Source: Acidimicrobiia bacterium (GTDB taxonomy: Bacteria > Actinomycetota > Acidimicrobiia > Spongiisociales > UBA5794). Taken from it: a stretch of 64,000 bases of DNA. The notes beneath the pieces are model-generated. The model had not been told where the DNA came from and made no database searches. It saw nothing but the letters and a program-made list of their open reading frames with translations. Below are positions 49,936 to 60,518 of this stretch, piece after piece. The first letter of the stretch is position 1. Every line of letters begins with the position of its first letter. The stretch lies in assembly GCA_041605955.1 (NCBI GenBank), contig JBFIXI010000010.1:12653-76652 (forward strand). Reading direction: 5' to 3'. The position numbers were made by a program, and so were the translations under genes.

Positions 49936-51282
49936 ATGACGGCGTTGGTTTGGTTCCGCCGCGACCTGCGACTGCAGAACAACCCGGCTTGGGCTGCGGC
50001 CACCCGGGGACACGATCACGTCACGGCCCTGTTCGTATTGGACCCACGGCTGTGGCAAGCCGCCGGGCCGGTCCGCGGACCCCAGCTGGCGGCGCATCTG
50101 GTTGCTCTGGACGAAGAGCTCGGTCGCGCCGGGGGGAGGCTCCGGGTGGTTCCCGGGGACCCGGTCAGCGTGGTCGGCCGATGCGATGCCGATCAGGTCT
50201 TCTGGAACGACGACTACACCCCATATGCCCAGCACCGAGACGGCGCAGTGGCCGCGGCCCTGGGCCCGCGGGCGCAGCGCTTTCACGGCAGCGTGGTGCA
50301 CGCTCCGGGAAGTCTGCTGACCAAGACCGGCTCGCCGTATCGCGTCTTCACCCCTTTCTCCCGAGCTTGGGCGCAGCGCAGGCTTCCCGAGGCGAGCATG
50401 CCGGGGGCGACAACGATCTCCATCGACGTCGGTGGCGGCATCCCGGAGGCGGGGCCGCCCCTGATGGCCGGTGGCGAGAGGGCGGCCGCCGATCGCCTGT
50501 CTGAGTTCCTCGACGTCGTCGACGACTACGTCGAACTGCGCGACCGCCCCGACGTCGCCGGCACCTCCCGCCTGTCCGCCGATCTCAAATTCGGCACCAT
50601 CTCCCCGCTCGACGTGATTGCCGCGGTCGGCGAGGCCACCCCGGGCCGGGCCGCCGTCGTCCGCCAAATCTGCTGGCGCGACTTCTGGGCCCAAGTGATG
50701 TATCACCTCCCGGCCACGGTCGAGCATCCCATGAGGCCCGAGTACGAGTCGATGGAGTGGCGCAACGACCGCGACGAGTTCCGCGCTTGGTGCCGCGGCC
50801 TTACCGGATATCCCATCGTCGACGCCGGAATGCGGCAGCTGCTGGCCGAGGGTTGGATGCACAACCGCGTCCGGATGATCACGGCTTCGTTCCTGGCGAA
50901 AGACCTCCTCGTGGACTGGCGGTGGGGAGAGCGATTCTTCCGTCGTTACTTAGTGGACGGCGACCTCGCACAGAACGTCGGCAATTGGCAGTGGGTTGCC
51001 GGCACGGGCGCCGACGCCGCGCCCTACTTCCGGGTCTTCAACCCCGTCACCCAGGGTCGCAAGTTCGATCCGGACGGCAGTTACGTGCGCCGTTACGTCC
51101 CCGAGCTGAGGCAGCTCGCCACCAAGCTCATCCATGCGCCGTGGGAGGCGACGCCGCTCGAGCTGCTTGGTGCCGGGATCACGCTGGGCGATACCTATCC
51201 CGCGCCCCTCGTAGACCACTCCGAGGCCCGGGAACGGGCGCTGGAGACTTACCAGGCGGCCCGCAGCCGCGGTTCCGCCTGA
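49936..51282 (+). CDS. phrB: deoxyribodipyrimidine photolyase (CPD class I)
   Basis: LVWFRRDLRLQNNPAW N-terminus; FAD-binding domain motifs (WREF, NWQWVAGTG). Confidence 0.85.
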   Translation: MTALVWFRRDLRLQNNPAWAAATRGHDHVTALFVLDPRLWQAAGPVRGPQLAAHLVALDEELGRAGGRLRVVPGDPVSVVGRCDADQVFWNDDYTPYAQHRDGAVAAALGPRAQRFHGSVVHAPGSLLTKTGSPYRVFTPFSRAWAQRRLPEASMPGATTISIDVGGGIPEAGPPLMAGGERAAADRLSEFLDVVDDYVELRDRPDVAGTSRLSADLKFGTISPLDVIAAVGEATPGRAAVVRQICWRDFWAQVMYHLPATVEHPMRPEYESMEWRNDRDEFRAWCRGLTGYPIVDAGMRQLLAEGWMHNRVRMITASFLAKDLLVDWRWGERFFRRYLVDGDLAQNVGNWQWVAGTGADAAPYFRVFNPVTQGRKFDPDGSYVRRYVPELRQLATKLIHAPWEATPLELLGAGITLGDTYPAPLVDHSEARERALETYQAARSRGSA

Positions 51283-51339
51283 CTCCGCGATCAACCAGGT
51301 CACCGGCGGGTGCAACCCCTTCCGATATCCTCAGTCGCC

Positions 51340-52344
51340 ATGACGAAGCTGGACCGGACCCGCGTTCTCGCCTACCGCTATCAGGTAAACGGCCTCGACA
51401 CCCGACTTCCGGCCGGGGAGTTGGTCGCGGCGAGCCGATCCGGACTTCAGGACAGTGCTCCCCGCGCTGCGGTGCTCTCGCTCCATGCCAGGGTCGAGGG
51501 GGTGCAGCCCGATGACTGGAGCAATCGCAGCCTCACCCAAGTGTGGGGACCGCGCGGCGCCATCTACCTGATACCCAAAGAAGATCTGGGAGTCTTCACT
51601 CTGGGCATGTTGCCGCGCGACGAAGAACGGCTCGACGAGCTGCAACGCCAGGCGCGCCGTGTGCTCCGGGCCCTCGATGGGCGCCCCCAGCGACCCGGCT
51701 CCATCCTCGATGCCGTGTCCCCGATCCGCGACTTGCGCGAGCTGCGGTGGGTCTCGGCTACGGGCTGGTTCCTCCCGATCTGGGACGGCAGCAGCACCGC
51801 GGTCTACCCCGCCGAGCCGGCGGAGACGGACGTCGAGGAGAGCCGCCTCGAGCTGGCTCGCCGCTTCCTCCACTATCTGGGGCCATCCACCACCAAGGGC
51901 TTCCAGTGGTGGAGCGGCGCCGGCGGCGAGGACGCAACCAAGACGATGAGCGCGCTCGGGCCCGAGTTGGCAACCGTGGACGTGGACGGCGAGGAGGTGC
52001 TCATGCTCGCCGCAGACGTCGCGCAGGCCAGAACCGCCCCTCAGCCGGCCGGGCTGCACTTGCTCCCACCCGACGACGTGTACATCAGCCGGCTATGCGG
52101 GCCACTTCTCCTAAACGATGCCGAGCTGAACGCCCGCCTCTACCCGCAGGCTCCGCTGCCCGGAGCGCTGGTACACGACGGGGAGGTGGTCGCCACTTGG
52201 CGGCGGCGGGGGCGGCGGCTGACGATCAACCCCTTTCCCGGGCTCGACGTTGCGACCGTGGCCGATGCGGTGAAGGAAGCCGCCGGCCGGCTGCCCATTG
52301 CTGATGTCGATACCGGCCCGAGCGTCGACTGGTACGACGACTGA
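51340..52344 (+). CDS. winged-helix DNA glycosylase, AlkZ/YcaQ (DUF1006) family
   Basis: Family-typical length and blocks (LAYRYQVNGL, QVWGPRGAIYLIP). Confidence 0.55.
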   Translation: MTKLDRTRVLAYRYQVNGLDTRLPAGELVAASRSGLQDSAPRAAVLSLHARVEGVQPDDWSNRSLTQVWGPRGAIYLIPKEDLGVFTLGMLPRDEERLDELQRQARRVLRALDGRPQRPGSILDAVSPIRDLRELRWVSATGWFLPIWDGSSTAVYPAEPAETDVEESRLELARRFLHYLGPSTTKGFQWWSGAGGEDATKTMSALGPELATVDVDGEEVLMLAADVAQARTAPQPAGLHLLPPDDVYISRLCGPLLLNDAELNARLYPQAPLPGALVHDGEVVATWRRRGRRLTINPFPGLDVATVADAVKEAAGRLPIADVDTGPSVDWYDD

Positions 52345-52386
52345 GCACCGATCCGGCGGCCGGCGGGGCCCTAGGATCGCGATGCC

Positions 52387-53940
52387 ATGAAGACCCGCAC
52401 TCCGAACATTCTCATCGTGATGGCCGACCAGTTGGCCCCGCACGCCACCGGCACCTACGGGCACCCTCTGGTGCGCACTCCCCACATGGATGCGCTCGCG
52501 GCGAGCGGGGTCCGCTTCGATGCGACCTATGCCCATTCACCGCTTTGTGCGCCCGCCCGGTTCTCGTTTCTGTCCGGTCAGACAATCACGAAGATCGGCG
52601 CCTACGACAACGCCGCCGAGTTTCCGGCCTCGATCCCGACTCTGGCCCACTACATGCGCCTCATGGGTTACCGCACCTGCCTGTCCGGCAAGATGCACTT
52701 TGTGGGGCCAGACCAGCTGCACGGCTTCGACGAGCGGTTGACCACCGACATCTACCCGGCCGACTTCGCGTGGACGCCCAACTGGGACGAACCGGAGCGC
52801 CGGATTGGGAAGTGGTATCACAACATGGACAGCCTCCACGAAGCCGGCCAAGCGACGATGACCTATCAAATCGAGTACGACGAAGAGGTCGGCTTCGCCG
52901 CCAAACGCCGGATCTACGACTACGCCCGCGACTCCGACGAGCAGCCCTGGATGCTGGTGGCCTCATTCATCCATCCCCACGATCCCTACGTCGCCCGGCC
53001 GGAGTGGTGGGACCTCTACGACCACGACGCCATCGATCTGCCCACCACGGTCGACTTGGAGGGACTCGACCCCCACTCCAAGCGCATCCGGGCCGGCATC
53101 GAGTACGACACGGTGGGCGCCACCGAAGAGCACGTCCGCGCGGCGCGCCACGGTTACTACGCCAACACCAGCTACTTCGATCACTGGCTGGGAGAGCTCA
53201 TCGCGACCGTTAGCGAGACCCGGCAAGATGACAACACGCTCGTGTTCCTCACGGCCGACCACGGCGACATGCTCGGCGAGCGCGGCCAGTGGTTCAAGAT
53301 GTCGATGTTCGAGCGCTCCGCGCGGGTGCCTTTCATCATGGCCGGGCCGGGAATCCGACCGGGCACTGTGCCCAATGTGTGTTCCCATCTCGACTTCCTT
53401 CCCACGTTGCTCGATGTCGCTTCAGGAGACGGGCGCAGGTGGCCGGAGCTCGGGCAGCCGCTGGCGGGACGCAGCCTGTGGCCCTTGGCGACCGGCGGCA
53501 CAGACGGCATCGACGAGACCATCGGCGAATACTGCGCCGAGATGACGTCGTATCCGATCTTCATGATTCGCCGGGGCCGCCACAAGTACATTCACTGCGA
53601 GACCGATCCCCCGTTGTTGTATGACGTCGTAGCCGATCCTGACGAGACGACCAATCTGGCGAATCACCCTGATTACCCACAGATGGCCGCTGCCTTTGCC
53701 GCCGAAGTGGCGCAACGCTGGGACGCGGAGGCGATTCGAGAGGATGTGCTCGCGTCCCAACGCGCCCGGCGCACCCTGCACGCTGCGATGATGGGAGCTC
53801 CGGTGTCGTGGGACTACCAGCCGGTGCGTGATGCCGCCAACGAGTACGTGCGCAACCACATGGACTGGGCCGAAGCCGGAGCCCGCACCCGCTTTCCCCG
53901 CTTCGAGGCGGTCAGCGAGCTCTCCGAGCGCGACGGCTGA
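52387..53940 (+). CDS. sulfatase (choline-sulfatase-like)
   Basis: Formylglycine motif SPLCAPARFS after ILIVMADQL; choline-sulfatase-type length. Confidence 0.8.
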   Translation: MKTRTPNILIVMADQLAPHATGTYGHPLVRTPHMDALAASGVRFDATYAHSPLCAPARFSFLSGQTITKIGAYDNAAEFPASIPTLAHYMRLMGYRTCLSGKMHFVGPDQLHGFDERLTTDIYPADFAWTPNWDEPERRIGKWYHNMDSLHEAGQATMTYQIEYDEEVGFAAKRRIYDYARDSDEQPWMLVASFIHPHDPYVARPEWWDLYDHDAIDLPTTVDLEGLDPHSKRIRAGIEYDTVGATEEHVRAARHGYYANTSYFDHWLGELIATVSETRQDDNTLVFLTADHGDMLGERGQWFKMSMFERSARVPFIMAGPGIRPGTVPNVCSHLDFLPTLLDVASGDGRRWPELGQPLAGRSLWPLATGGTDGIDETIGEYCAEMTSYPIFMIRRGRHKYIHCETDPPLLYDVVADPDETTNLANHPDYPQMAAAFAAEVAQRWDAEAIREDVLASQRARRTLHAAMMGAPVSWDYQPVRDAANEYVRNHMDWAEAGARTRFPRFEAVSELSERDG

Positions 53941-53950
53941 GGCAGCGCCA

Positions 53951-54565
53951 CTACGGCGGCATCGATTCGAGCAGGCGCTCCGCATGCCAGACGGGGTTGT
54001 CTTGATAGTCCCAGTACTTGACGACGCGTAGCCGGAGATGCTCGGAGCATCCCAAGCCGTACGGTATCGATCCGTTGTAGATGCGCACCGAGGTGTAGAA
54101 CTGCGGGGCAACCTGGGTGGCGGCCGGAACGTGGTCCGGCAGGTCGCGCCACTGTTCGATGCCCACGTCGGCGGCCAGGGCGACCAGGTTGGCATAGTTG
54201 AAGCCGTCGTCGAGGAGGCGCGACACGTAGCCCAGCAGCAGCGGGAATTCCTCGAATCTGGAGACCATGCGGGCGTTCATAGTCTCGACCTCGTACGCAA
54301 TCTCTTGGGCCGCTTCACTCCGTCGCTCGCCGAAGAAGCCGACAATCGTCACTGCGGCATCGCCGTGCACTCGGCCCGCCCTGGTGACGATGAGGCGGTC
54401 CCGGCCCATGGCGGGCGGGGCAAGTCGCGACCGGGCGGTTCGCGACGCATGTAGGTCGCGGATCATGCCGAGCATGATCTCGCAATCGCGAGTGACCAGC
54501 GCAGGATCCGTGAAGGGCCGATGGGCCGGCCACTCATCGGGCGCCAGTCGGATCATCCGGCCCAT
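53951..54565 (-). CDS. hypothetical protein
   Basis: ORF only. Confidence 0.4.
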   Translation of the reverse strand: MGRMIRLAPDEWPAHRPFTDPALVTRDCEIMLGMIRDLHASRTARSRLAPPAMGRDRLIVTRAGRVHGDAAVTIVGFFGERRSEAAQEIAYEVETMNARMVSRFEEFPLLLGYVSRLLDDGFNYANLVALAADVGIEQWRDLPDHVPAATQVAPQFYTSVRIYNGSIPYGLGCSEHLRLRVVKYWDYQDNPVWHAERLLESMPP

Positions 54566-54580
54566 CGGCGGCCCCTAAGT

Positions 54581-54625
54581 GGATCGAGCCTGCGCGAATC
54601 GAGCCTGCGCGAATCGAGCCTGCGC
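54581..54625. repeat. 15-nt direct repeat G(G/A)ATCGAGCCTGCGC x3 immediately upstream of the 53951..54565 gene start
   Basis: Direct reading; position is consistent with a promoter-proximal direct-repeat regulator site. Confidence 0.7.
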
Positions 54626-54916
54626 CGGCATAGAGCCGGCCGTTGCGACCGGATGCGTAGTCAGCGACCCTCGGCGAAGATGGAGCCCCGCCGAGGGTAT
54701 CCGTGGCGGCAGTGGCGCGTGGAGCGAACGGTGGGAGGCCTGGCATGACGCACCGGCTGGAGGCCGTGGTTCATCTCTCTCTCCGATTTGGTCGTTGGCC
54801 ACTGCGCAGGCGGCGTCCTTGGGCGCCGCACTAGCAATCCTATTGATTCATCGGCTCGAAAGACGTGCATTGTTGAGGCCGAAGATCTTGGCGATGGCGC
54901 GCGGTACCCTGCAGGC

Positions 54917-55480
54917 ATGGAGTCGACGCTCGCGATGACTCGAATTGGGAACACCAACGTGATCGCCGTTCGCGGCGACTTGACGCGTCAACCGGTCGAC
55001 GCGGTGGTCAACGCGGCGAACGAGAGCCTGCAGCACGGTGGCGGCGTCGCGCAAGCCATCGTTCGAACAGGGGGCCGGGTCATCCAAGAAGAGTCCGATG
55101 CCTGGATTCGCGAACACGGGCCGGTGGGCCGCGGCGAGGCCGCAGTCACCACCGGAGGCATGCTGGTCGCATCCCATGTCATCCATGTCGTGGGGCCTCG
55201 CTTTCGGGAGGGCCAGGACAATGCCGGAATCCTCCGTGATGCGACGTTCGCCGCACTCGACGCCGCCGCCGAGCATGGCCTGAAGTCGGTGGCCTTCCCG
55301 GCGATCTCCGCCGGGATCTTCGGTTATCCCCCCGAGGAAGCCACCCAGGTCCTTACTCGTGCGGTGAGCGCCTGGCTGGAATCGACTCCCAACGACCTGG
55401 TCGAGATCCGCCTGGTGGGCTTCAGCGAAGAGCTCGCCAAGCTCTTCGCCAAGGCACTGTCGACCACCAAGGCTGCCTGA
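54917..55480 (+). CDS. macro-domain protein (ADP-ribose / O-acetyl-ADP-ribose hydrolase family)
   Basis: VVNAANESLQHGGGVAQAI and GIFGYP macro-domain motifs. Confidence 0.8.
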   Translation: MESTLAMTRIGNTNVIAVRGDLTRQPVDAVVNAANESLQHGGGVAQAIVRTGGRVIQEESDAWIREHGPVGRGEAAVTTGGMLVASHVIHVVGPRFREGQDNAGILRDATFAALDAAAEHGLKSVAFPAISAGIFGYPPEEATQVLTRAVSAWLESTPNDLVEIRLVGFSEELAKLFAKALSTTKAA

Positions 55481-55490
55481 CGCCGCACGC

Positions 55491-55997
55491 TCAGCGTCGC
55501 GGCACGTAGCCGGTCTTTCCGTCGATCAGCTCCCGAATGATGTCGGCGTGACCGGCGTGGCGGGCGGTCTCCTCGAGCATGTGATTCAGCACCCATCGCA
55601 GCGAACGAGGCTTGCCGCCCGACGCTCCAGTGACCTCGAGATCTGCGGCGGCATCGATCACTGCGTTAGCCTCACCCACTGCGGTTGCGTACAACTCCGA
55701 GATCGATTCGATCGTCTCGTCCGGCTCGATGCGCCAATCAGCATCGGGGTCGTCGTCGCTCCACGGATATTCCGGCTTGTCTCCACCGATGAAGTCCACG
55801 AACCACCAGCGCTCCACCCAGGCGAGGTGCTTCACCAGGCCGAGCATGCTGGTTCCCGACGGGACCAGGGGGCGGCGGGCGTCCTCCTCACTGAGGCCCT
55901 TGAGCTTCCACAGCATGATGGCCCGGTTCTGGTTGAGGAATGCCACGAGCGACGCACGCTCGTCTCCGGTGTACGGGGTCTTCTGATATGGCAGCAT
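55491..55997 (-). CDS. DinB/DUF664-family protein
   Basis: Family-typical HxxxE-type motif (NHMLEETARHAGHADIIRE). Confidence 0.7.
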   Translation of the reverse strand: MLPYQKTPYTGDERASLVAFLNQNRAIMLWKLKGLSEEDARRPLVPSGTSMLGLVKHLAWVERWWFVDFIGGDKPEYPWSDDDPDADWRIEPDETIESISELYATAVGEANAVIDAAADLEVTGASGGKPRSLRWVLNHMLEETARHAGHADIIRELIDGKTGYVPRR

Positions 55998-56108
55998 GAT
56001 TCGAGCCTACCGAGCGGACCAGCCGCCCCGTCTCGACCCAGGTTCTGGCATCGGACAGTATCGATGGAATAGCCTAGAGTCGCCGTTACGTGACTCGAGG
56101 GGAGAGCG

Positions 56109-57035
56109 GTGACGACCGTTGCTGAGCGTCCGGCCACCAAGCCGCGAAGGCGGCGACGCTATCGGCGCGGTTCCTCCAAGGCATACCTCTTCTTGCTGCC
56201 GACGTTCGTGATCTTGTTCGTCTTCGTTTACTACCCGATCATCGAGTCCTTCCGGCTGAGCCGAAACCGGGTAGCGCCGTTCGGTAGCCAAGAAATCGAG
56301 GTCGGCTTCGAGAACTACACCCGGCTGTTGCAGAGCGAGGACTTCTGGAACACGGTCGAGGTTTCCTTGTGGTTCATGGTCGGTGCCGTACCGATCGGAA
56401 TCTCCCTGGCGGTCGTCATCGCTCTGTTGTTGTCGTACCCGCTGCGGCACCTGAACTGGTTCTATCGGACGTTGATCTTCGTGCCGGTAGTCATCTCGGG
56501 GGCGATCGCCGGCGCCCTCTTCCGCCTGCTCTACAACCCGGTTGTCGGATTCTTCAACCACTGGCTCAGCTTGATCGGAGTCGACGGTCCCAACTGGCTG
56601 AATGAGCAGACCTGGGCACTGGTCGCCGTCACGATCACAGTGGTCTGGAGGCAGCTCGGCTTCAACGTGATCATCGCTCTGGCGGGGATACAGAACATCG
56701 ACGAGCAGCTGTACGAGGCGGCCAAGATCGATGGCGCCGGTGTCTTTGCGAGGATTCGCTATATAACTCTCCCCCAGCTGACCCCGACGCTCTTCTTCTT
56801 GGCGGTCGTCAACGTGATCATCAGTCTGCAGGCCTTTGCTGAGATCAACATCATGACCGATGGTGGGCCGGGCCGCGCCACCACGAATCTGGTCTATCAA
56901 GTGTTCGTCGACGGCTTCGTGGGCACCAGGTTCCTCGGCCGGGCTTCGGCCCAAGCGTTCCTGCTGGCGCTCCTGATCATCGCGGTATCGATCATCCAGT
57001 TCGGCGGCTTCGGCAAGAGAGTGCATTACCAATGA
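56109..57035 (+). CDS. ugpA: carbohydrate ABC transporter permease (UgpA-like)
   Basis: Six TM plus EAA loop (EAAKIDGAGVFARIRYITLP). Confidence 0.8.
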   Translation: MTTVAERPATKPRRRRRYRRGSSKAYLFLLPTFVILFVFVYYPIIESFRLSRNRVAPFGSQEIEVGFENYTRLLQSEDFWNTVEVSLWFMVGAVPIGISLAVVIALLLSYPLRHLNWFYRTLIFVPVVISGAIAGALFRLLYNPVVGFFNHWLSLIGVDGPNWLNEQTWALVAVTITVVWRQLGFNVIIALAGIQNIDEQLYEAAKIDGAGVFARIRYITLPQLTPTLFFLAVVNVIISLQAFAEINIMTDGGPGRATTNLVYQVFVDGFVGTRFLGRASAQAFLLALLIIAVSIIQFGGFGKRVHYQ

Positions 57036-57916
57036 CGACTGAGGCGATAGCTCGACCAAGCGCGGTGACCCGCGAACGTCGCAGTTGGCGGCGCAACCTG
57101 GGCGACTTGCCAATCCACGTCGTCCTCTTGGTTATCGGGATCATCATCGCCATGCCGATCGTCATCGCCTTCTCGATGAGCTTCACGCCGCTGCGCGAGA
57201 TCCTGGGGCGGGCCGATCCCGAGATCATTCCCAACAGCCTCACGCTGAAGAACTACGACACGGCGTGGAACGCGTCGCCGTTCCCGCGCTACATGCTGAA
57301 CAGCTTCATTCAGACCGGAATCATCACCGTGGCGCAGGTGGTGTTCAGCGTGTTGGCCGGCTTCGCCTTCGCCATGTTCGAGTTCCGCTTCAAGAGCCTG
57401 CTGTTCGCGCTGGTCATCGGCAGCCTGATCGTCCCCTTCGAGCTCACCTTCATTCCCAACTTCGTGCTGATCAGCGACCTGGGGTGGGCCAACACGTATC
57501 AAGGATTGACGGTTCCGTTCCTCGCCAGCGCGTTCGGAGTCTTCATGATGCGACAGTTCTTCTTGACAATTCCGCGCGACCTGTACGACGCGGCGAAGAT
57601 CGACGGTGCCAGCGACTGGTTCTACCTGTGGCGGGTGATGGTGCCTCTCAGCAAAGGAGCCATCAGCGCCTTCACCATCTTCGCTTTCCTCAGCGCATGG
57701 AACCAGTATCTGTGGCCGTTGGTCATCACCAACGAGGAGTCCATGCGCACCGCCCAGATCGGCATTCGGTTTTTCTTGGTCAACCAGGAGCGCGCCACGG
57801 ATTGGGGCGCAATCATGGCCGGGACCGTCATCGTGATGATCCCGACACTGGTCATCTTCCTGGTGGCCCAAAAGCAGCTCGTCAAGGGGATCGCAGCCAG
57901 CGGCCTCAAGGGCTGA
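57032..57916 (+). CDS. ugpE: carbohydrate ABC transporter permease (UgpE-like)
   Basis: EAA loop DAAKIDGASDWFYLWRVMVP. Confidence 0.8.
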   Translation: MTTEAIARPSAVTRERRSWRRNLGDLPIHVVLLVIGIIIAMPIVIAFSMSFTPLREILGRADPEIIPNSLTLKNYDTAWNASPFPRYMLNSFIQTGIITVAQVVFSVLAGFAFAMFEFRFKSLLFALVIGSLIVPFELTFIPNFVLISDLGWANTYQGLTVPFLASAFGVFMMRQFFLTIPRDLYDAAKIDGASDWFYLWRVMVPLSKGAISAFTIFAFLSAWNQYLWPLVITNEESMRTAQIGIRFFLVNQERATDWGAIMAGTVIVMIPTLVIFLVAQKQLVKGIAASGLKG

Positions 57917-57945
57917 TCAAACGACGGAGAGAAGGAAGGGAAAAG

Positions 57946-59382
57946 ATGAGACGAATGACGAGGCTGTCTGCCTTGCTTGCGGTCTTCGCCTTGGTGGCGG
58001 CCGCGTGCGGCGACAGCGCCGACGACACGACAACGGCCGCTCCGGGTACGACGGAAGGGACCACGGCCGCTCCCACAACCACTGCGGCGCCGACCACGAC
58101 GGAAGGCACCACTCTGCCGCCGGTCACCGAGGAGGTGACGATCGAGTTCTGGCACGCGATGGCCGATGACCTAGGCGCAGTCGTCGACGAGCTGGTCCAG
58201 CGGTACAACGACAGCCAGGACCTGGTCACGGTCAACGCAACGTTCCAGGGCAGCTACGACGACACCTACAACGCGCTGCTGGCTTCGTTCGAGGCGGGAA
58301 CCGCCCCGAACATCACCCAGAACTTCGACCTGGCTGCCCAGACGATGTTCGACACGGGCCGCCTCCTGGAAGCATGGAAGCTGATGGAGCCGGGCGAATC
58401 GGACACCTTCCTCCCCGCTGTACGGGACTATTACTCGGACGAGAACGGGATGGTGGCGATGGCGTTCAACTCGAGCACCCCCATCGTCTACTACAACACA
58501 GAGATGTTCGAGGCGGCGAACCTCGACGCCCCCGAGCCCGACTGGAACTTCAGCGACTTTCTCGCAACCTGTGAGGCGCTGGAAGCCTCCGGGGTGGAGT
58601 TCTGCGTCACGTTCGGCCAGGTGGGCTGGTATTTCGAGCAGATCCTGGCCAACAGCGGCGGGTTGTACTTCAACGAGAACAACGGCCGGACCGGCCGGGC
58701 GACCGAGGTCATGTTCAACCAGGGACAGGGTGTCGAGGTCTTCGACTTCCTGACCGGGCTGATCGTCGATGAACATGCCCCCAACCTGGGTGCTACGTGG
58801 ACGGACACGGATGCCGTGTTCTTCGCCGAACAAGCGGCGATGATCTTCGACTCGACGGCCGGCGCCCGCGGCTTCCAGGACAACGCCAACTTCGAAGTGA
58901 AGACGGCTTTCATCCCGCACAGCGACTCGAGTGAGCGCAACGGAGTCGTGATCGGCGGGGCCGCCCTGTGGCTGATCGACTCAGGCGATGCCGAGGTGAA
59001 CTCAGCCGCCTGGGACTTCATGCGCTTCATGGCGGCAGCCGACCAACAGGTGACGTGGCACACGGGTACGGGTTACTTCCCGGTCCGGGCCGATCTGCAA
59101 GGCAATCCCCCGCCGGATCTGGCGACGTTCTGGGCTGATAACCCGAACTTCGTCACTGCGATCGATCAGTTGGCAACCACCAAGACGGTGAACGACGACG
59201 GGTCGGTCAACTACGCGGTGCTCGGGGGACGAGCCGGTCCTTTCCCGGAGATTCGCCGCATCATCGTCGAGGCCTACAGCGCCGTTCTCGGCGAGGGCAA
59301 GACCGCCCAGGAGGCGCTTGACGAGGCGGCCGTCAAGGCCAACCAGGCATTGGCGGACTACAACGCGTTCTTCGCCGGATAG
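57946..59382 (+). CDS. ugpB: ABC transporter substrate-binding lipoprotein (UgpB-like, glycerol-3-phosphate/glycerophosphodiester)
   Basis: Lipobox LVAAACGD, TA-rich linker, SBP family-1 fold; strong RBS GAAGGAAGGGAAAAG; the six-frame ORF 57085..59382 is an over-extension. Confidence 0.75.
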   Translation: MRRMTRLSALLAVFALVAAACGDSADDTTTAAPGTTEGTTAAPTTTAAPTTTEGTTLPPVTEEVTIEFWHAMADDLGAVVDELVQRYNDSQDLVTVNATFQGSYDDTYNALLASFEAGTAPNITQNFDLAAQTMFDTGRLLEAWKLMEPGESDTFLPAVRDYYSDENGMVAMAFNSSTPIVYYNTEMFEAANLDAPEPDWNFSDFLATCEALEASGVEFCVTFGQVGWYFEQILANSGGLYFNENNGRTGRATEVMFNQGQGVEVFDFLTGLIVDEHAPNLGATWTDTDAVFFAEQAAMIFDSTAGARGFQDNANFEVKTAFIPHSDSSERNGVVIGGAALWLIDSGDAEVNSAAWDFMRFMAAADQQVTWHTGTGYFPVRADLQGNPPPDLATFWADNPNFVTAIDQLATTKTVNDDGSVNYAVLGGRAGPFPEIRRIIVEAYSAVLGEGKTAQEALDEAAVKANQALADYNAFFAG

Positions 59383-59393
59383 ACGGCGAATCG

Positions 59394-60518
59394 ATGCAGT
59401 TGAGAGCGGCTGGCGGACTCGATCCGCCAGCCGCTCCGCCGCGTCTGCGCCGGCCGTGGCTCGGGATCGCAATAGTCCTGCTGGCAGTCGCTTGTGGCGA
59501 CGGGGCCGAGCCCTCCACCACCGCCACCACCGGCATCAGCCTCGCCACGACCACGACGGCCCGAGCCGACCTCAGCACCACCACGACCACCTCGGCCGCG
59601 GCGACGACACAATCCGGTGCTTCATTCGACGTCCAAGGCCACCGCGGGGCGCGTGGTCTGCAGCCGGAGAACACGCTGCCGGCGTTCGAGGCCGCGCTCG
59701 ACCTCGGCGTGGACACTTTGGAGCTCGATCTCCACTTCACCGCCGACGGGGAGGTCGTCGTCTGGCACGACCCGATCGTCTCCCCCGACAAATGTCGGTT
59801 CGACGCCACCCGCTCAATTGCCGGTCCCGATCTCGAGGAAGCCAACGACGCGGACATCGCTGTCGCCGGCTTCACCCGCCAACAGCTGCGGGCATATCGC
59901 TGCGACCGCAATCCCGATGAACGCCGCTTTCCCGACCAGCGCGCCGAGCCGACCGGGTTGGCGGGCGACAACTACGAGATAGTGACGCTCGGCGAGTTGT
60001 TCGATTTCGTCGCCGCTTATGCTGCTGCGCCGGCAAAGAGCGCCGAGCAGCGAAACCGAGCGGCCGCAGTGAGATTCAACGTGGAGACGAAGCGAGTCCC
60101 GGATCGTCCCGAGACCATCAACGACGGCTTCGACGGCGTCGACCCGGGACCGTTCGAGCTGGCGCTGCTCGAAGTGATCGACGCGTACGAGATAGCCGAC
60201 CGGGTGACCGTGCAGTCGTTCGACCTCCGCTCCCTGAGGGCGATTCGCTCCGTCGATGACGAGATCGAGCTGGCGGCGCTGACCCGCCTCAACGAGCCGT
60301 TCCCTGCCGACACCGCCCAATACGCCAACGTGTGGTCGCCCGACTATCGGTCGCTGTCGGCCGCCGCAATTGACGCGGCTCATGCCGCCGGCATGCAGGT
60401 GATTCCCTGGACGGTGAACGAGACCGCGGACATGGCTCGCCTCATCGGCTTCGGCGTCGACGGGTTGATCACCGATCGACCCGACCTGTTGCTGGCAGTG
60501 CTGGCGGAGGAGTCGTGA
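59394..60518 (+). CDS. glycerophosphodiester phosphodiesterase lipoprotein (GlpQ-like)
   Basis: GDPD motifs HRGARGLQPENTLPAFEAA and ELDLHFTADGEVVVWHD; lipobox LLAVACGDG. Confidence 0.8.
   Translation: MQLRAAGGLDPPAAPPRLRRPWLGIAIVLLAVACGDGAEPSTTATTGISLATTTTARADLSTTTTTSAAATTQSGASFDVQGHRGARGLQPENTLPAFEAALDLGVDTLELDLHFTADGEVVVWHDPIVSPDKCRFDATRSIAGPDLEEANDADIAVAGFTRQQLRAYRCDRNPDERRFPDQRAEPTGLAGDNYEIVTLGELFDFVAAYAAAPAKSAEQRNRAAAVRFNVETKRVPDRPETINDGFDGVDPGPFELALLEVIDAYEIADRVTVQSFDLRSLRAIRSVDDEIELAALTRLNEPFPADTAQYANVWSPDYRSLSAAAIDAAHAAGMQVIPWTVNETADMARLIGFGVDGLITDRPDLLLAVLAEES

Noticed and set aside
57085-59382. 765-aa ORF spanning ugpE and ugpB
   Set aside because: The 5' part is an alternative frame of ugpE with Arg-rich nonsense translation; the real ugpB starts at ATG 57946, which has a strong RBS and a lipoprotein signal
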